Shown: piece by piece, positions 31,414 through 40,915 of the stretch
Numbering within the stretch: the stretch's first letter is position 1
Layout of the letters: the number at the start of each line of letters is the position of its first letter
From: Phycisphaerales bacterium
Lineage (GTDB): Bacteria > Planctomycetota > Phycisphaerae > Phycisphaerales > UBA1924
Reading direction: 5' to 3'
Length of the DNA: 46,190 bases
Assembly (NCBI GenBank): GCA_041737685.1
Contig: JBGSRG010000240.1
Coordinates: forward strand, 1-46,190
Made by a program: the position numbers and the translations under genes
Notes under the pieces: generated by a model
What the model was told of the DNA's origin: nothing
The model's database searches: none
What the model saw: the letters and a program-made list of their open reading frames with translations, nothing else

Positions 31414-32331
31414 TCACTCTTCGTCAGAATCCGAGCCATGGCTCGATTCGCTGTCGGTGCCCTCGCCAGAGCCTTCGGCTGCACCTTCGCCACTGTGGTC
31501 GCCCGCGGGGGTGCCGAAGATCGCTGAGCCAACGCGGACGAGATTGGCACCCTCTTGAATCGCGACCTCGAAATCGTTGCTCATGCCCATCGACAGGATG
31601 TTGAAGTGGGGGCTGACGGTGCCCGAGTCGCGGATTTCCTCGAACAGTTCGCGCAGGCGACCGAACGCCGGTCTCGAATCAGCGGGGTTGTCGCTCTGGG
31701 CCGCCATGGTCATGATGCCGCGAAGCCGCACGTGCAGCATGGTCTCGATCTGCTCGGCCAGATGGATCGCTGCGGGCACAGCGCAGCCAAATTTTTGACG
31801 CTCTCCTGAGCAGTTGACCTGCAGCAGCACGTCGACGGGCGTGTCTCGTTTGACGGCGACGGTCTGGATTTCTTCGGCCACGCGCAGATTGTCGACGGAG
31901 TGGATCAGGCGGCAGGTCTCGATGACTTTGCGGGCTTTGTTGCGCTGCAAGTGTCCGAGCATGTGCCATCGCGGCGCGTGGGGCGAGCCGGCGGTGGTGC
32001 CCGGCTGCGGTTGATGGTCCTCAGCCGAGCCGAGAAGGTCGTCTCCCCCCGAGAGCGCTCCTGCGGTCTGAGTCATGGTGCGGTGGCGTTGCAGCCACTC
32101 GTCGATGATGGTGGCTCGCTGAACCAGTTGCTGAACGCGGTTCTCTCCGAAGTCTCGGTGCCCGAGGCGCATCAGTTCGCGGATCTGGTCGGGTTCGGCG
32201 AACTTGGTGACTGCGACGAGCATGACGTCTCGGCCCGTGCGGCCAGAGAGCTGCGCTGCCGCGGCCACGCGAGCGCAGACCGACAGATAGCGCTCTTTGA
32301 GATTGGTGAGGGTTGTCGTGCTGGGCTCCAT
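31414..32331 (-). CDS. yggS: YggS-family pyridoxal-phosphate homeostasis protein with an internal insertion and an acidic Ser/Gly/Asp/Glu tail
   Basis: ATG 32331 is preceded by AGGAGG. The translation contains LVAVTKFAEPDQIRELMRLGHRDFGENRVQ, WHMLGHLQRNK, LLQVNCSGE, LRGIMTM, LSMGMSNDFEVAIQEGANLVRVGSAIFG. Confidence 0.88.
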   Translation of the reverse strand: MEPSTTTLTNLKERYLSVCARVAAAAQLSGRTGRDVMLVAVTKFAEPDQIRELMRLGHRDFGENRVQQLVQRATIIDEWLQRHRTMTQTAGALSGGDDLLGSAEDHQPQPGTTAGSPHAPRWHMLGHLQRNKARKVIETCRLIHSVDNLRVAEEIQTVAVKRDTPVDVLLQVNCSGERQKFGCAVPAAIHLAEQIETMLHVRLRGIMTMAAQSDNPADSRPAFGRLRELFEEIRDSGTVSPHFNILSMGMSNDFEVAIQEGANLVRVGSAIFGTPAGDHSGEGAAEGSGEGTDSESSHGSDSDEE

Positions 32332-32655
32332 CCCTGGATGCCTCCTGTCAACGAGTTTCGACGGGCCGTGATCGAAGAGAATGGTAGGAATCGGCATGAA
32401 CTGCGCACATCGGCAGCGGGGCTGACGTGTGGACGCTTGCCAAGCGTACCCGACCGGATCGGCATGGGTCGCAATCCGACAAATCTGGGGGGACTCGCGT
32501 GTAGGGTGCCCTGACCGTGCGCGGAGCCGCCGGGGCTGGCCGTGGGCAGCGTACGCTGGACGATCAAGGCACATCGGTCGGGCGGGATCAGATCTGTGCC
32601 GCGTGACTTCGAAACCATCAATCGTTCAGCCAAAACCAAGAAGGGGATTACCACC

Positions 32656-33138
32656 ATGAGCGATCTGAAACCACGCAACGCGGTCGTCACCGAGGGCGAT
32701 GCTGCGCCCGACTTCACGCTCAAGACCCAGGATCGTGCCGATTGGTCGCTGTCGGACGCCGTAAAAAAGGGCGACGTGATTTTGTGCTTCTATCCACTCG
32801 CCTTTACGGGCGTGTGCAGCACAGAGATGAACTGCATCACCAAGGATCTGGCCAAGTGGTCCAAGGACAACGCGCAGGTCGTGGGTGTTTCCTGCGATTC
32901 GTTCGCCGCGAACAAGGCCTGGGCGGAGAAGGAAGGCTTTAAGCACACGCTCTTGAGCGATGCACACCGCGAGGTTTGCAAGGCCTATGGGCTGTACTGG
33001 CCAGAACTGAACGTAGCCAAGCGTGGCACGGTGGTCATTCCCAAACACGCTTCAGGTCATGGGAAGGTCAGATGGTCCGAGTCGCGTGAGCCGGGAAACG
33101 CGATGGACTGGGACAAGGTGCTGGCTCAGATTGCATGA
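32656..33138 (+). CDS. Peroxiredoxin (AhpC/TSA-redoxin family)
   Basis: ATG 32656 follows AAGGGGA. The translation contains APDFTLKTQD, VILCFYPLAFTGVCSTEMNC (peroxidatic Cys context) and VVGVSCDSFAANKAWAEKEGF. Confidence 0.85.
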   Translation: MSDLKPRNAVVTEGDAAPDFTLKTQDRADWSLSDAVKKGDVILCFYPLAFTGVCSTEMNCITKDLAKWSKDNAQVVGVSCDSFAANKAWAEKEGFKHTLLSDAHREVCKAYGLYWPELNVAKRGTVVIPKHASGHGKVRWSESREPGNAMDWDKVLAQIA

Positions 33139-33280
33139 TCGATAGGTATGCAATGGACCGGCCTGAGTCAGGTGGTTCGAGGGCCGGAGTCTTGCAGCCC
33201 GCTTCCAGCCAACGCTGTCCACATTCTGACCGCGCGACCAAGTCTGCTGTCGCTTGTTCCGCCGCGCGTACGGTTGGTCC

Positions 33281-34981
33281 ATGAACGTCTCGCCCTCGAA
33301 CGTGCCCTTCGTACTCATTATCCGCGACGGTTGGGGCCAGAACCCTAACGCCTCGCACGATGCTTTCAATGCCGTGAAACTTGCGTCGCAGCGCGGCCTG
33401 ACACCGGTGGCCGACGCGTTGTCCCGTGACTGGCCAACGACGCTCATCAAAACCAGTGGCGGCGATGTGGGCCTCCCCGACGGCACCATGGGCAACTCGG
33501 AGGTTGGGCACCAGAACATCGGTGCCGGCCGGATCGTTGACCAGGAATCGGTGGCGATCAGCAAGGCCTGCCGACCCGGTCCCGGCGGCGAACCCGCGAA
33601 ACTGAGCCAGAACCAGGCCGTTGTGAGTGCCATCAAGCATGCCAAAGCCAGTGGACGGTATGTGCACCTGATGGGCATCGCCTCTGACGCGGGTGTTCAC
33701 GGCCAACTTGACCATCTCTATGCCTTGCTGGAACTCTGCCGCAAACTTGAGGTGCCGGACGTAGCGGTGCATCTGTTCATGGACGGCCGCGACACAGGAC
33801 CTTTCACAGGTCTTGAGTTCGTCCGTCAGATCGAGGCGAGGTGCCGGAGGATCGGGATCGCGGGTGAAGGCTCACCCATTGCCAGCGTGATCGGGCGATA
33901 CTGGGCCATGGACCGCGATTTCCGTTGGGAGCGGGTCGAGCGTGCCTATGCGTGCCTGACGGGCCGAGACTGGGCCAAGCACAACGTCGCGTGCGTGGAG
34001 AGTGCCGAGTATGCCGTGAAGCGCTGTTACGACCGCCCTCCCTCGCCCAACATGGCAGGTGACGAGTTCGTGATGCCCGCGATGATTGCGAGGCACCCCG
34101 ACGAGGCCAGGTTGACGCGTATCAACGATGGCGACACCGTGATTTTCTACAACTATCGCGGCGATCGGCCGCGAGAACTGGTCAGCGCGTTCGTGCTGCC
34201 CAACTTTGACAAGAACTCGCCCGACGCCGTGAAGCCGTCGCCAGACTCGGGCCGACGCGGATTCGCTCGCGGGGCCAAGCTTGATCTGAACTTTGTGACG
34301 ATGACCTCATACGCCGAGTTTCTGTCGCCGTACGTCACAGTGGCCTTTCCGAAGCCGCCGAAAATGGAAGACATCGCGGGGCAGTGGTGGAGCAAGAGCG
34401 GGCTGAGGCAGTTTCGGTGCGCCGAGACCGAAAAGTATCCGCACGTGACGTTCTTTTTCAACGACTATCGCGACGAAGCGTTTGAGGGTGAGCATCGAGA
34501 GAACCCGCAAAGCCCGAAGGTGGCGACGTATGACCTGAAGCCGGAAATGTCCGCCGAGGCGGTATGTCAGGCGGTGCTCGGCCGACTGGCGGATTCTGGT
34601 GCGAACGCTGACAGCGTTTTGGTAGTCAACTTCGCCAACGGCGACATGGTGGGCCACACTGGCAACCTGGAAGCGACGATCAAGGCCTGCGCCACGGTCG
34701 ATGCCTGCGTAGGCCGCATTGTTGAAGCAGTGCTGAAGCGCAGGGGCTCGCTCATCATCACCGCTGATCATGGCAACGCTGAGCAGATGTTTGATCCGAA
34801 CACCAACTCGCCGCACACGGCGCACACGGTCTACGACGTACCGTTGCACGTAGTGGGCGAGGCCTTCAAGGGTCGCAAACTGCGAGCGGGCGGGCGGCTG
34901 GCCGACATTGTGCCCACCTCGCTCTCGATGATGGGGATGGAAAGGCCGGGCTCAATGACGGGCGAGTCACTGCTTGCGTGA
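33281..34981 (+). CDS. gpmI: 2,3-bisphosphoglycerate-independent phosphoglycerate mutase
   Basis: The translation contains VLIIRDGWGQNPN, GTMGNSEVGHQNIGAGRIV, HLMGIASDAGVHG, FMDGRDT, ETEKYPHVTFFFN, NFANGDMVGHTG and ITADHGNAE. Confidence 0.93.
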   Translation: MNVSPSNVPFVLIIRDGWGQNPNASHDAFNAVKLASQRGLTPVADALSRDWPTTLIKTSGGDVGLPDGTMGNSEVGHQNIGAGRIVDQESVAISKACRPGPGGEPAKLSQNQAVVSAIKHAKASGRYVHLMGIASDAGVHGQLDHLYALLELCRKLEVPDVAVHLFMDGRDTGPFTGLEFVRQIEARCRRIGIAGEGSPIASVIGRYWAMDRDFRWERVERAYACLTGRDWAKHNVACVESAEYAVKRCYDRPPSPNMAGDEFVMPAMIARHPDEARLTRINDGDTVIFYNYRGDRPRELVSAFVLPNFDKNSPDAVKPSPDSGRRGFARGAKLDLNFVTMTSYAEFLSPYVTVAFPKPPKMEDIAGQWWSKSGLRQFRCAETEKYPHVTFFFNDYRDEAFEGEHRENPQSPKVATYDLKPEMSAEAVCQAVLGRLADSGANADSVLVVNFANGDMVGHTGNLEATIKACATVDACVGRIVEAVLKRRGSLIITADHGNAEQMFDPNTNSPHTAHTVYDVPLHVVGEAFKGRKLRAGGRLADIVPTSLSMMGMERPGSMTGESLLA

Positions 34982-35035
34982 GTGAATGGTAGCGTTCGCG
35001 CGGTGGGATCATCGCAGCCGGAGGTTGGCTGAATC

Positions 35036-36136
35036 ATGGCCGGATCATCGGTGGATGATGGCCAGATCGCGGTACGTTCGTACACTGTGCGTGTGGAGCC
35101 ATCTGACCCGCACAACCATTCGGTGCAAGAGGAGCACGCTGTCGAGCACGATCAGCATCGGGCGGCAGACTTTGGGCAACAGTGTGCTGTTGATGAATCG
35201 GCGCCGATACAGGCAGAGCCCTACCCGCTTGTACTGGCCGATGATAAATCGACGCCCCTTCAAAGAGCCGCATCAACTCCCGCGCCCGATCCCTGGGCAC
35301 ACCGGCGGGGAGAGCCGCGACTGTTCGCGGTGCTCTGGGTCATGTACGTCATGGCCGCGATGATCGGCAGCGTGCAGTGGGTGTATGGTGCCACTGATGT
35401 GACGCAGGAGTCGTACAGCCCCGCCGCGCGAATCATGCTGATCGTGATCGCGGTGGGCGCTTGCGTGCTGTGGCCAATGGTCCGGCTCAGTCAGTCGCGG
35501 CCGCGCGGGTCCGTGCTTGGGGCGGTCGCGCTCGACTCGTGGGTAGTGCTTGTGCCGGTTTTGATGGTTGTCTGGCCCATGATCTACATGGCGGGCTGGC
35601 CGCTGGAAGTCGTGATAGCGCTCTCGGCGCTGGTGTTGGTGTGGGTTGTGCTCGCGGCGGGGGTGCTGGCCAATGCGCTGATTGCCGACCGGTCGTTTGC
35701 AGCGGCTTCCCCGGCAAGAGCCGCGATCGAGTTGGCGAGAGTTGACGACCCGCAACTGCCGATTGAGGCTACGTCGGCGGTCTCGGTTCAGGTCCCGGCG
35801 GTTCATGCCCCGGCGATACAGGCCAAGCCAGTTGCTGGCCGTGCCGCATGGATGGGGCTCATGCTGCTCTTGGTGCTGGGTGGTCCGTTCGCTGGGCTGG
35901 CTTTGCGTGCGGTAAATGCTGGCGCACCGGGCGGGCTTGGTCGATCGACCCCAGACTGGCTGGACATGCTGTCGCCGTTCACGGGTGTGCTTGCCATTTC
36001 TGGACGCGGGATCGCCGGGCCGCAGAACTTTGTGAGTAAGGAGCAGTGGCTGATCATGCTCGTCACTGGGCTAGTGGGGGCATTGGCGTGGATCGCGGCG
36101 TGGCTACGGTCGATCTGGCGGACTGAATCGGCGTGA
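35036..36136 (+). CDS. Hypothetical polytopic membrane protein
   Basis: GGAGG lies about 12 nt upstream of ATG 35036. A polar N-terminal region of about 100 aa is followed by at least 6 hydrophobic helices (FAVLWVMYVMAAMIG..., IMLIVIAVGACVLWPMV..., VVLVPVLMVVWPMIYMAGWPL..., LIMLVTGLVGALAWIAAWL). I recognise no family. Confidence 0.6.
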   Translation: MAGSSVDDGQIAVRSYTVRVEPSDPHNHSVQEEHAVEHDQHRAADFGQQCAVDESAPIQAEPYPLVLADDKSTPLQRAASTPAPDPWAHRRGEPRLFAVLWVMYVMAAMIGSVQWVYGATDVTQESYSPAARIMLIVIAVGACVLWPMVRLSQSRPRGSVLGAVALDSWVVLVPVLMVVWPMIYMAGWPLEVVIALSALVLVWVVLAAGVLANALIADRSFAAASPARAAIELARVDDPQLPIEATSAVSVQVPAVHAPAIQAKPVAGRAAWMGLMLLLVLGGPFAGLALRAVNAGAPGGLGRSTPDWLDMLSPFTGVLAISGRGIAGPQNFVSKEQWLIMLVTGLVGALAWIAAWLRSIWRTESA

Positions 36137-36315
36137 GGGTGGTGTTGAGGGGCTTTGGCTGTGAAGTGGGCGGGGAGAATGAGCATGGGAGCGGGGGGCG
36201 GAGTTCAAGGTTTGGAATCGCAACGGCCCGATGAGGTCGATAGACTTCTGCAATGGGCGGGTGAGGGAATCGAGCGTCCGAGCGGCTTTGCTCGGGCGCC
36301 CGGGCGGAGCGGATA

Positions 36316-36341
36316 GGGAGGGGTCGGGGGGGGAGGTGGGG
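36316..36341 (+). other. G-quadruplex-forming motif in the greA upstream region
   Basis: Read directly: GGG A GGGG TC GGGGGGGG A GG T GGGG (36316-36341) on the greA sense strand, 60 nt upstream of ATG 36401. The 36130-36200 stretch is also strongly G-rich. Confidence 0.5.
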
Positions 36342-36400
36342 AAACGCGGGACACGCCCGCAGCGGATCGCACCCATCTTTCTTTGGTGCGGAGGAATCGC

Positions 36401-36866
36401 CATGGAGTTCATCACACCCGACGAAAAGGCCACCATCGAGGCCCGTGTATCGCACTTGGTCCACAATCGCCCCATCATTTCCGAGCGAATCGCGGAGGCC
36501 CGTGCTCTGGGCGACCTGAAGGAGAACGGCGACTATCACGCCGCGCGTGAAGAGCAGGGAATGCAGGAGGCGGAGATTCAGCGCTTGCAGGAACGGCTTG
36601 CCACGGCGACGGTGATCGACCCTTCTATGCAGGTAGAGGGCGTGGTGTTTGTCGGAGCGACCGTGAAGATTGTGGAGGTAGGAACCGACGAGCCGGAGAT
36701 GGTGAAACTGGTGGGCGAGGCGACAGGCTCGGTCTCGGCCGAGGTCTTCGAGGCCACGGTGGGCAGCCCCTTCGGCGAAGCGTTGCACAAGGCCCGGATC
36801 GGCGAGGTCATCGCGGTGCATGGCCCACGCGGGCTCAAGAAGTTTGAGATTCTCGAGATTCTGTGA
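36401..36866 (+). CDS. greA: Transcription elongation factor GreA
   Basis: ATG 36401 follows GGAGG. The translation contains MEFITPDEKATIEARVSHL...EARALGDLKENGDYHAAREEQGMQEAEIQRLQERL and ends ...VHGPRGLKKFEILEI. Confidence 0.92.
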
Positions 36867-37098
36867 GTGGTCGGAGAGATGGCTCGAACAGCACCGCAAC
36901 GAGGGAACCGGATCGGCTGATTGGCAAAGTGGTCGCCGGCCAAACGTCCTTACCGGAGACGCGTTGACGCTTGCCGTATGCTTCGCTTCGGACTCCAACC
37001 TACTCGGGCAACGTGCTGAGTTCGTGAACCTCTTCGCGACCGCTGGGCCATCGCGTCCGAGCATTTCACATGAAGGCGTAAGCCCGTACACTGCCCTC

Positions 37099-39195
37099 AT
37101 GCCGATCCGCGCAAGAACTGGACCGCTGCTCGCCCACGGGTCCGGACGTGGAAGTGGCGGCGGTGCGGCGGGGGGCCAGTCAGATCAGGTGCCGCAACTG
37201 TCGGAGTTGCCGGGGGTGGATGCCGAGCGAGCGCCGGCCGGCGCGTTTTTGCTGGAAGTTTCGTGGGAGGTGTGCAACCAACTCGGCGGGATTTACCAGG
37301 TCATCCGGTCGAAGGCCGAGACGATGGTAAACCGGTGGAAGAACCGGTATCTGCTGGTTGGCCCTTACAACGCTCAGCGCGCGGCGGTGGAGTTCGAGGA
37401 ACGACGGCCCGCGGCGTGGCTGGGGCCAGTGATCGAGCGGCTTCGCGCAGAGGGACTTGCGGTACATCATGGCATCTGGCTGATCCCCGGAAGACCGAAG
37501 GTGCTGCTGGTTGATCACACGGTCGATGCGGCCCGGCTTGGGGAGTTAAAGTTTGCGTGGTGGCAGGATCATCAGATCGAGTTTCCCGCCTCAGACTGGT
37601 TTGTGGATGGGACGGTGAGTTTCGCCGAGGCATCGCGGCGGATCGCGCTAGCGGTGGCAGAAGGATGGCTCGGGGTCGAGGCAAGCGCAGGGGAGGGCGA
37701 GGGTGCAAGCGAAGAGGAGGGTTGCGAGGCCGGGGTAGATGACGCACTCGACGGGAGTGATGGTGCCGAGCAAGATGCGGAGAATCCAGGCCTATCGATC
37801 GCCAGGAAGGATCGACGGCTCACGCTGCACGCGCACGAGTGGATGGCGGGGCTGGTGATACCGGCGCTGCGTTATCAGCACGCCGAAGTGCCGATCGCCA
37901 CGGTCTTTACAACGCACGCGACGCAATTGGGGCGCACGCTGGCTTGGGGCTCGGATCGGTTCTACGACCATCTGCCGTACTTCGACGAGTATCACGAATC
38001 AACGAAACTGGGGATCACGACGCAGCACCGGATCGAGCGGTTGTGTGCGCGGGCCTCGCACGTGATGACGACGGTCAGCCCGATCACGGGTGAGGAATGC
38101 ACCCACCTGCTCGGCCGTCAGCCCGATCTGATCCTGCCTAACGGCCTCAACATCGAGCGATACAACGTCGGGCATGAGTTTCAGACATTGCATGCGCAGT
38201 TCAAGAAGAGCATCCACGCGTTCTGCATGGGGCATTTCTTTCCGTCGTACTCGTTTGATCTTGACGACACGCTTTACTTCTTCACGTCGGGGCGGTTTGA
38301 GCCGAGGAACAAGGGCTTTGACCTGTGTCTGGAGGCGATGGCTCGGCTAAACGCCGAGCTCAAGACGCTGCGCGACAACGGTGGACCGGAGCGGAACGTG
38401 GTGTTCTTTATCGTGACACAGCGGCCGGTGCGGTCGATTCATCCGTCGTGCTTGCAACTCAGGGGCGTGCTCAACGAGTTACACGACGTGTGCGAGAGCA
38501 TCACGGCGGAGATTGGAGATCAGTTGTTTCGCAAGGCCGCAGCGCGCGAGCGGGTGAAACTGGACGACATGGTGAGCGAGTACTGGAATCTGCGATTCCG
38601 ACGCACGCAGCACGCGATGACGACGGATCGTTTGCCGCCGGTGGTGACGCATGTGCTGGAGGACGATCAGCGGGATGAAGTGTTGAACCAGATTCGCAGT
38701 TTGTGGCTCTTCAACCGGCCCGAAGACCCGGTGAAGGTGGTTTATCACCCGGAGTTCATCTCACCGACGAATCCGCTATGGGGCGTGGAGTATGACCAGT
38801 TTGTGCGCGGATGTCATATGGGCATCTTCCCGAGCGCGTACGAGCCCTGGGGCTACACACCGCTGGAGTGCATGGCGATGGGCGTGCCGACGGTGACGAG
38901 CGACCTGGCGGGCTTTGGGCGTTATGTGCAGCAGACTCACCCGGAGATGGAGGCATCGTGCCGCGGCGGATTGTTTGTACTCCGCCGGCGAGGGCGGTCT
39001 TTCCACGATGCGGCGGCTGACCTGGCGCGGCATCTGCTGGACTTCTGCACGATCGATCGGCGCGGCAGGATCGCGATGCGCAATCGCGTGGAGCATCGGT
39101 CGTGGGAGTTTGACTGGTCGAAACTGGCACGGGCCTATGACTGGGCCCACGATCTGGCGATGGCTCGGGTTGCGGCGGAGCAGGCGGGGATCTAG
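37099..39195 (+). CDS. Glycogen synthase of the GT3 (eukaryote-type, Glycogen_syn) family
   Basis: I prefer ATG 37099 (MPIRAR...). The translation contains FLLEVSWEVCNQLGGIYQVIRSKAETMV..YLLVGPY, HAHEWMAG, TTHATQLGR, FTSGRFEPRNKGFD, and FPSAYEPWGYTPLECMAMGVPTVTSDLAGFG. An acidic insertion lies at about 37672-37790. Confidence 0.85.
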   Translation: MPIRARTGPLLAHGSGRGSGGGAAGGQSDQVPQLSELPGVDAERAPAGAFLLEVSWEVCNQLGGIYQVIRSKAETMVNRWKNRYLLVGPYNAQRAAVEFEERRPAAWLGPVIERLRAEGLAVHHGIWLIPGRPKVLLVDHTVDAARLGELKFAWWQDHQIEFPASDWFVDGTVSFAEASRRIALAVAEGWLGVEASAGEGEGASEEEGCEAGVDDALDGSDGAEQDAENPGLSIARKDRRLTLHAHEWMAGLVIPALRYQHAEVPIATVFTTHATQLGRTLAWGSDRFYDHLPYFDEYHESTKLGITTQHRIERLCARASHVMTTVSPITGEECTHLLGRQPDLILPNGLNIERYNVGHEFQTLHAQFKKSIHAFCMGHFFPSYSFDLDDTLYFFTSGRFEPRNKGFDLCLEAMARLNAELKTLRDNGGPERNVVFFIVTQRPVRSIHPSCLQLRGVLNELHDVCESITAEIGDQLFRKAAARERVKLDDMVSEYWNLRFRRTQHAMTTDRLPPVVTHVLEDDQRDEVLNQIRSLWLFNRPEDPVKVVYHPEFISPTNPLWGVEYDQFVRGCHMGIFPSAYEPWGYTPLECMAMGVPTVTSDLAGFGRYVQQTHPEMEASCRGGLFVLRRRGRSFHDAAADLARHLLDFCTIDRRGRIAMRNRVEHRSWEFDWSKLARAYDWAHDLAMARVAAEQAGI

Positions 39196-39213
39196 GCACC
39201 CGACAATTGCGGC

Positions 39214-40662
39214 TTACCCCGCTTCATCCTCGATTGCCGAGGACATGAGTTTTCCTAGCGGCAAGGCAAGCATGGCGGCTATCACCGAAGTGATGGCCGT
39301 GGCGGCAAAGGCCCATTCCAGACCAAAGCGTTCGGCCAGGCCTTGTGCCAGCCGTGCGCCGATCGAGCCGACTCCCCACGCCCCGCCGAGCAAGATGCCC
39401 GATGCGAGCGAAGTGCGATGCGGCAGCAGGCGTTGGGCCATGGCGATGGTGAGCGGCACGCTGGCACCATATCCCGCACCGGCAAGCGCACAGACCAGCA
39501 AGGAAAGTGCCGAACCAAATCCGGGAAGGCCGAGCATGGCGGCCCAGCGGTAGGAGTGCGGCAAAGCGAGCAAGCACACGGCCCCGAAGAGAGGAAGAAC
39601 GACGAGCGCGAGCCGTTCGTGTCGGCGTGAGAGGAAGAAGCCCAGAGCCAGGCCGCCGCTGCCCATGCCGATCTGCTTGGCGGCTTGCAAAGGGCCTGAG
39701 ATGGAGGCGGCGCTGAGTGAACCCGCAGCGGTAAGGTCAAGCCCGCCGCCGGCGGCACCGGAACCAACACCCGCGGCGAGTCCGTCGGACCAAGCCTTGA
39801 CTAGGGCGACGAGTGAAGTGTCGATGCCGAACTTCAGCACATTGGCGAGATAGAGCACGAAGAGCGCGGTCCAGGCGGCGCGTTTGACAAGGCCATCGCG
39901 GGCTTGGTGACGGGCGTGAGCGTCGCTGCGGCGGTGGGGTGTGCCATGGATGGACGTTGCCAGCAGCGCGACAAAGATGAGCCCGGGGGGGATGAGCCAA
40001 GCAAGCGAGCGAAGCCCGGCGCTGATGTCGACGGCGGTGCTGCCGTCGATCGCGGAGAAGTGGCGGACCCAAGCCGGTGCGAAGAGGTTTCCGCACACGC
40101 CACCAATCATGCCCGCGGCATAGAACCACGCTAGGCCGAGCGACCGGCGGGGCTGGGTGAGTTGGCCGACAGCGGCGGCGGCGACGGGGTGAAAGGCACC
40201 GATCCCCGCTGCGGCGATGGCCTGGAGCACGGCCAACTGCCAGAACGTGTTGGTATACCCGATGAGACTGACACCGATGACGGCGACACCGAAGCCGATG
40301 GTGCCGACAGCGCGGGTGTCTCGACGATCAGAGACAAGGGCGACGACAGGTTGAACCAGACCAGATGAGAGTGCCCCGATGGTGATGAGGGTCGCGGGCT
40401 GATGACTATCGAGGTTGAGTTTGCTCTGCAAGACCGCCAGCAGCGGGATGGCGATGAAGGAGAAGAGATCGACGACGCTGTGGACGAAGATGGTGGTCCA
40501 GGCGCGGGCTTTGTTGGAGGTGCGCCAGGTGTGTCGGCCGTTGAGGGTGTGCGGGGTGTCGGGCGTGCGTGGGTGCGACGAGATCTGACCGTCCGGGCCA
40601 TCTGGGCGCTTGACGGAGGTGGTGCTGGCTCGAGTGGGCGTTGGCAATGAAGAGAGCGGCAT
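39214..40662 (-). CDS. MFS transporter
   Basis: About 12 hydrophobic helices are present. The MFS-like loop is LVQPVVALVSDRRDTR. A polar N-terminal extension of about 55 aa makes the start uncertain. Confidence 0.8.
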   Translation of the reverse strand: MPLSSLPTPTRASTTSVKRPDGPDGQISSHPRTPDTPHTLNGRHTWRTSNKARAWTTIFVHSVVDLFSFIAIPLLAVLQSKLNLDSHQPATLITIGALSSGLVQPVVALVSDRRDTRAVGTIGFGVAVIGVSLIGYTNTFWQLAVLQAIAAAGIGAFHPVAAAAVGQLTQPRRSLGLAWFYAAGMIGGVCGNLFAPAWVRHFSAIDGSTAVDISAGLRSLAWLIPPGLIFVALLATSIHGTPHRRSDAHARHQARDGLVKRAAWTALFVLYLANVLKFGIDTSLVALVKAWSDGLAAGVGSGAAGGGLDLTAAGSLSAASISGPLQAAKQIGMGSGGLALGFFLSRRHERLALVVLPLFGAVCLLALPHSYRWAAMLGLPGFGSALSLLVCALAGAGYGASVPLTIAMAQRLLPHRTSLASGILLGGAWGVGSIGARLAQGLAERFGLEWAFAATAITSVIAAMLALPLGKLMSSAIEDEAG

Positions 40663-40915
40663 GGGGCGTGCGAGAGTAGCGCTGGCGGTTGGAGCGTCGT
40701 TTGGGTTATGCTGTGATCCAGACCCTTCGCCGCCAGTGACTGGGGCGAGCGGGGGATGTTGCGAGGCCCTCGTGCGGTGGGGAGGTTTGGTGACACGGGC
40801 GGGGGCGACGCGCCGTCAGCGTTGAGACAGGCCGACGCACGTTCAGTCTGCGGCATCGAATGGACGGTGCCTTCAGTGCCGACAGTACAAATCCTCTCAT
40901 TTGCGAAACAAAGCC

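Noticed and set aside
40663-40915. Possible Mg-sensing M-box riboswitch upstream of corA
   Set aside because: I could not recognise the conserved M-box core sequences by eye. The region is a divergent promoter region with the MFS gene. An Infernal scan would be needed, so no call is made.
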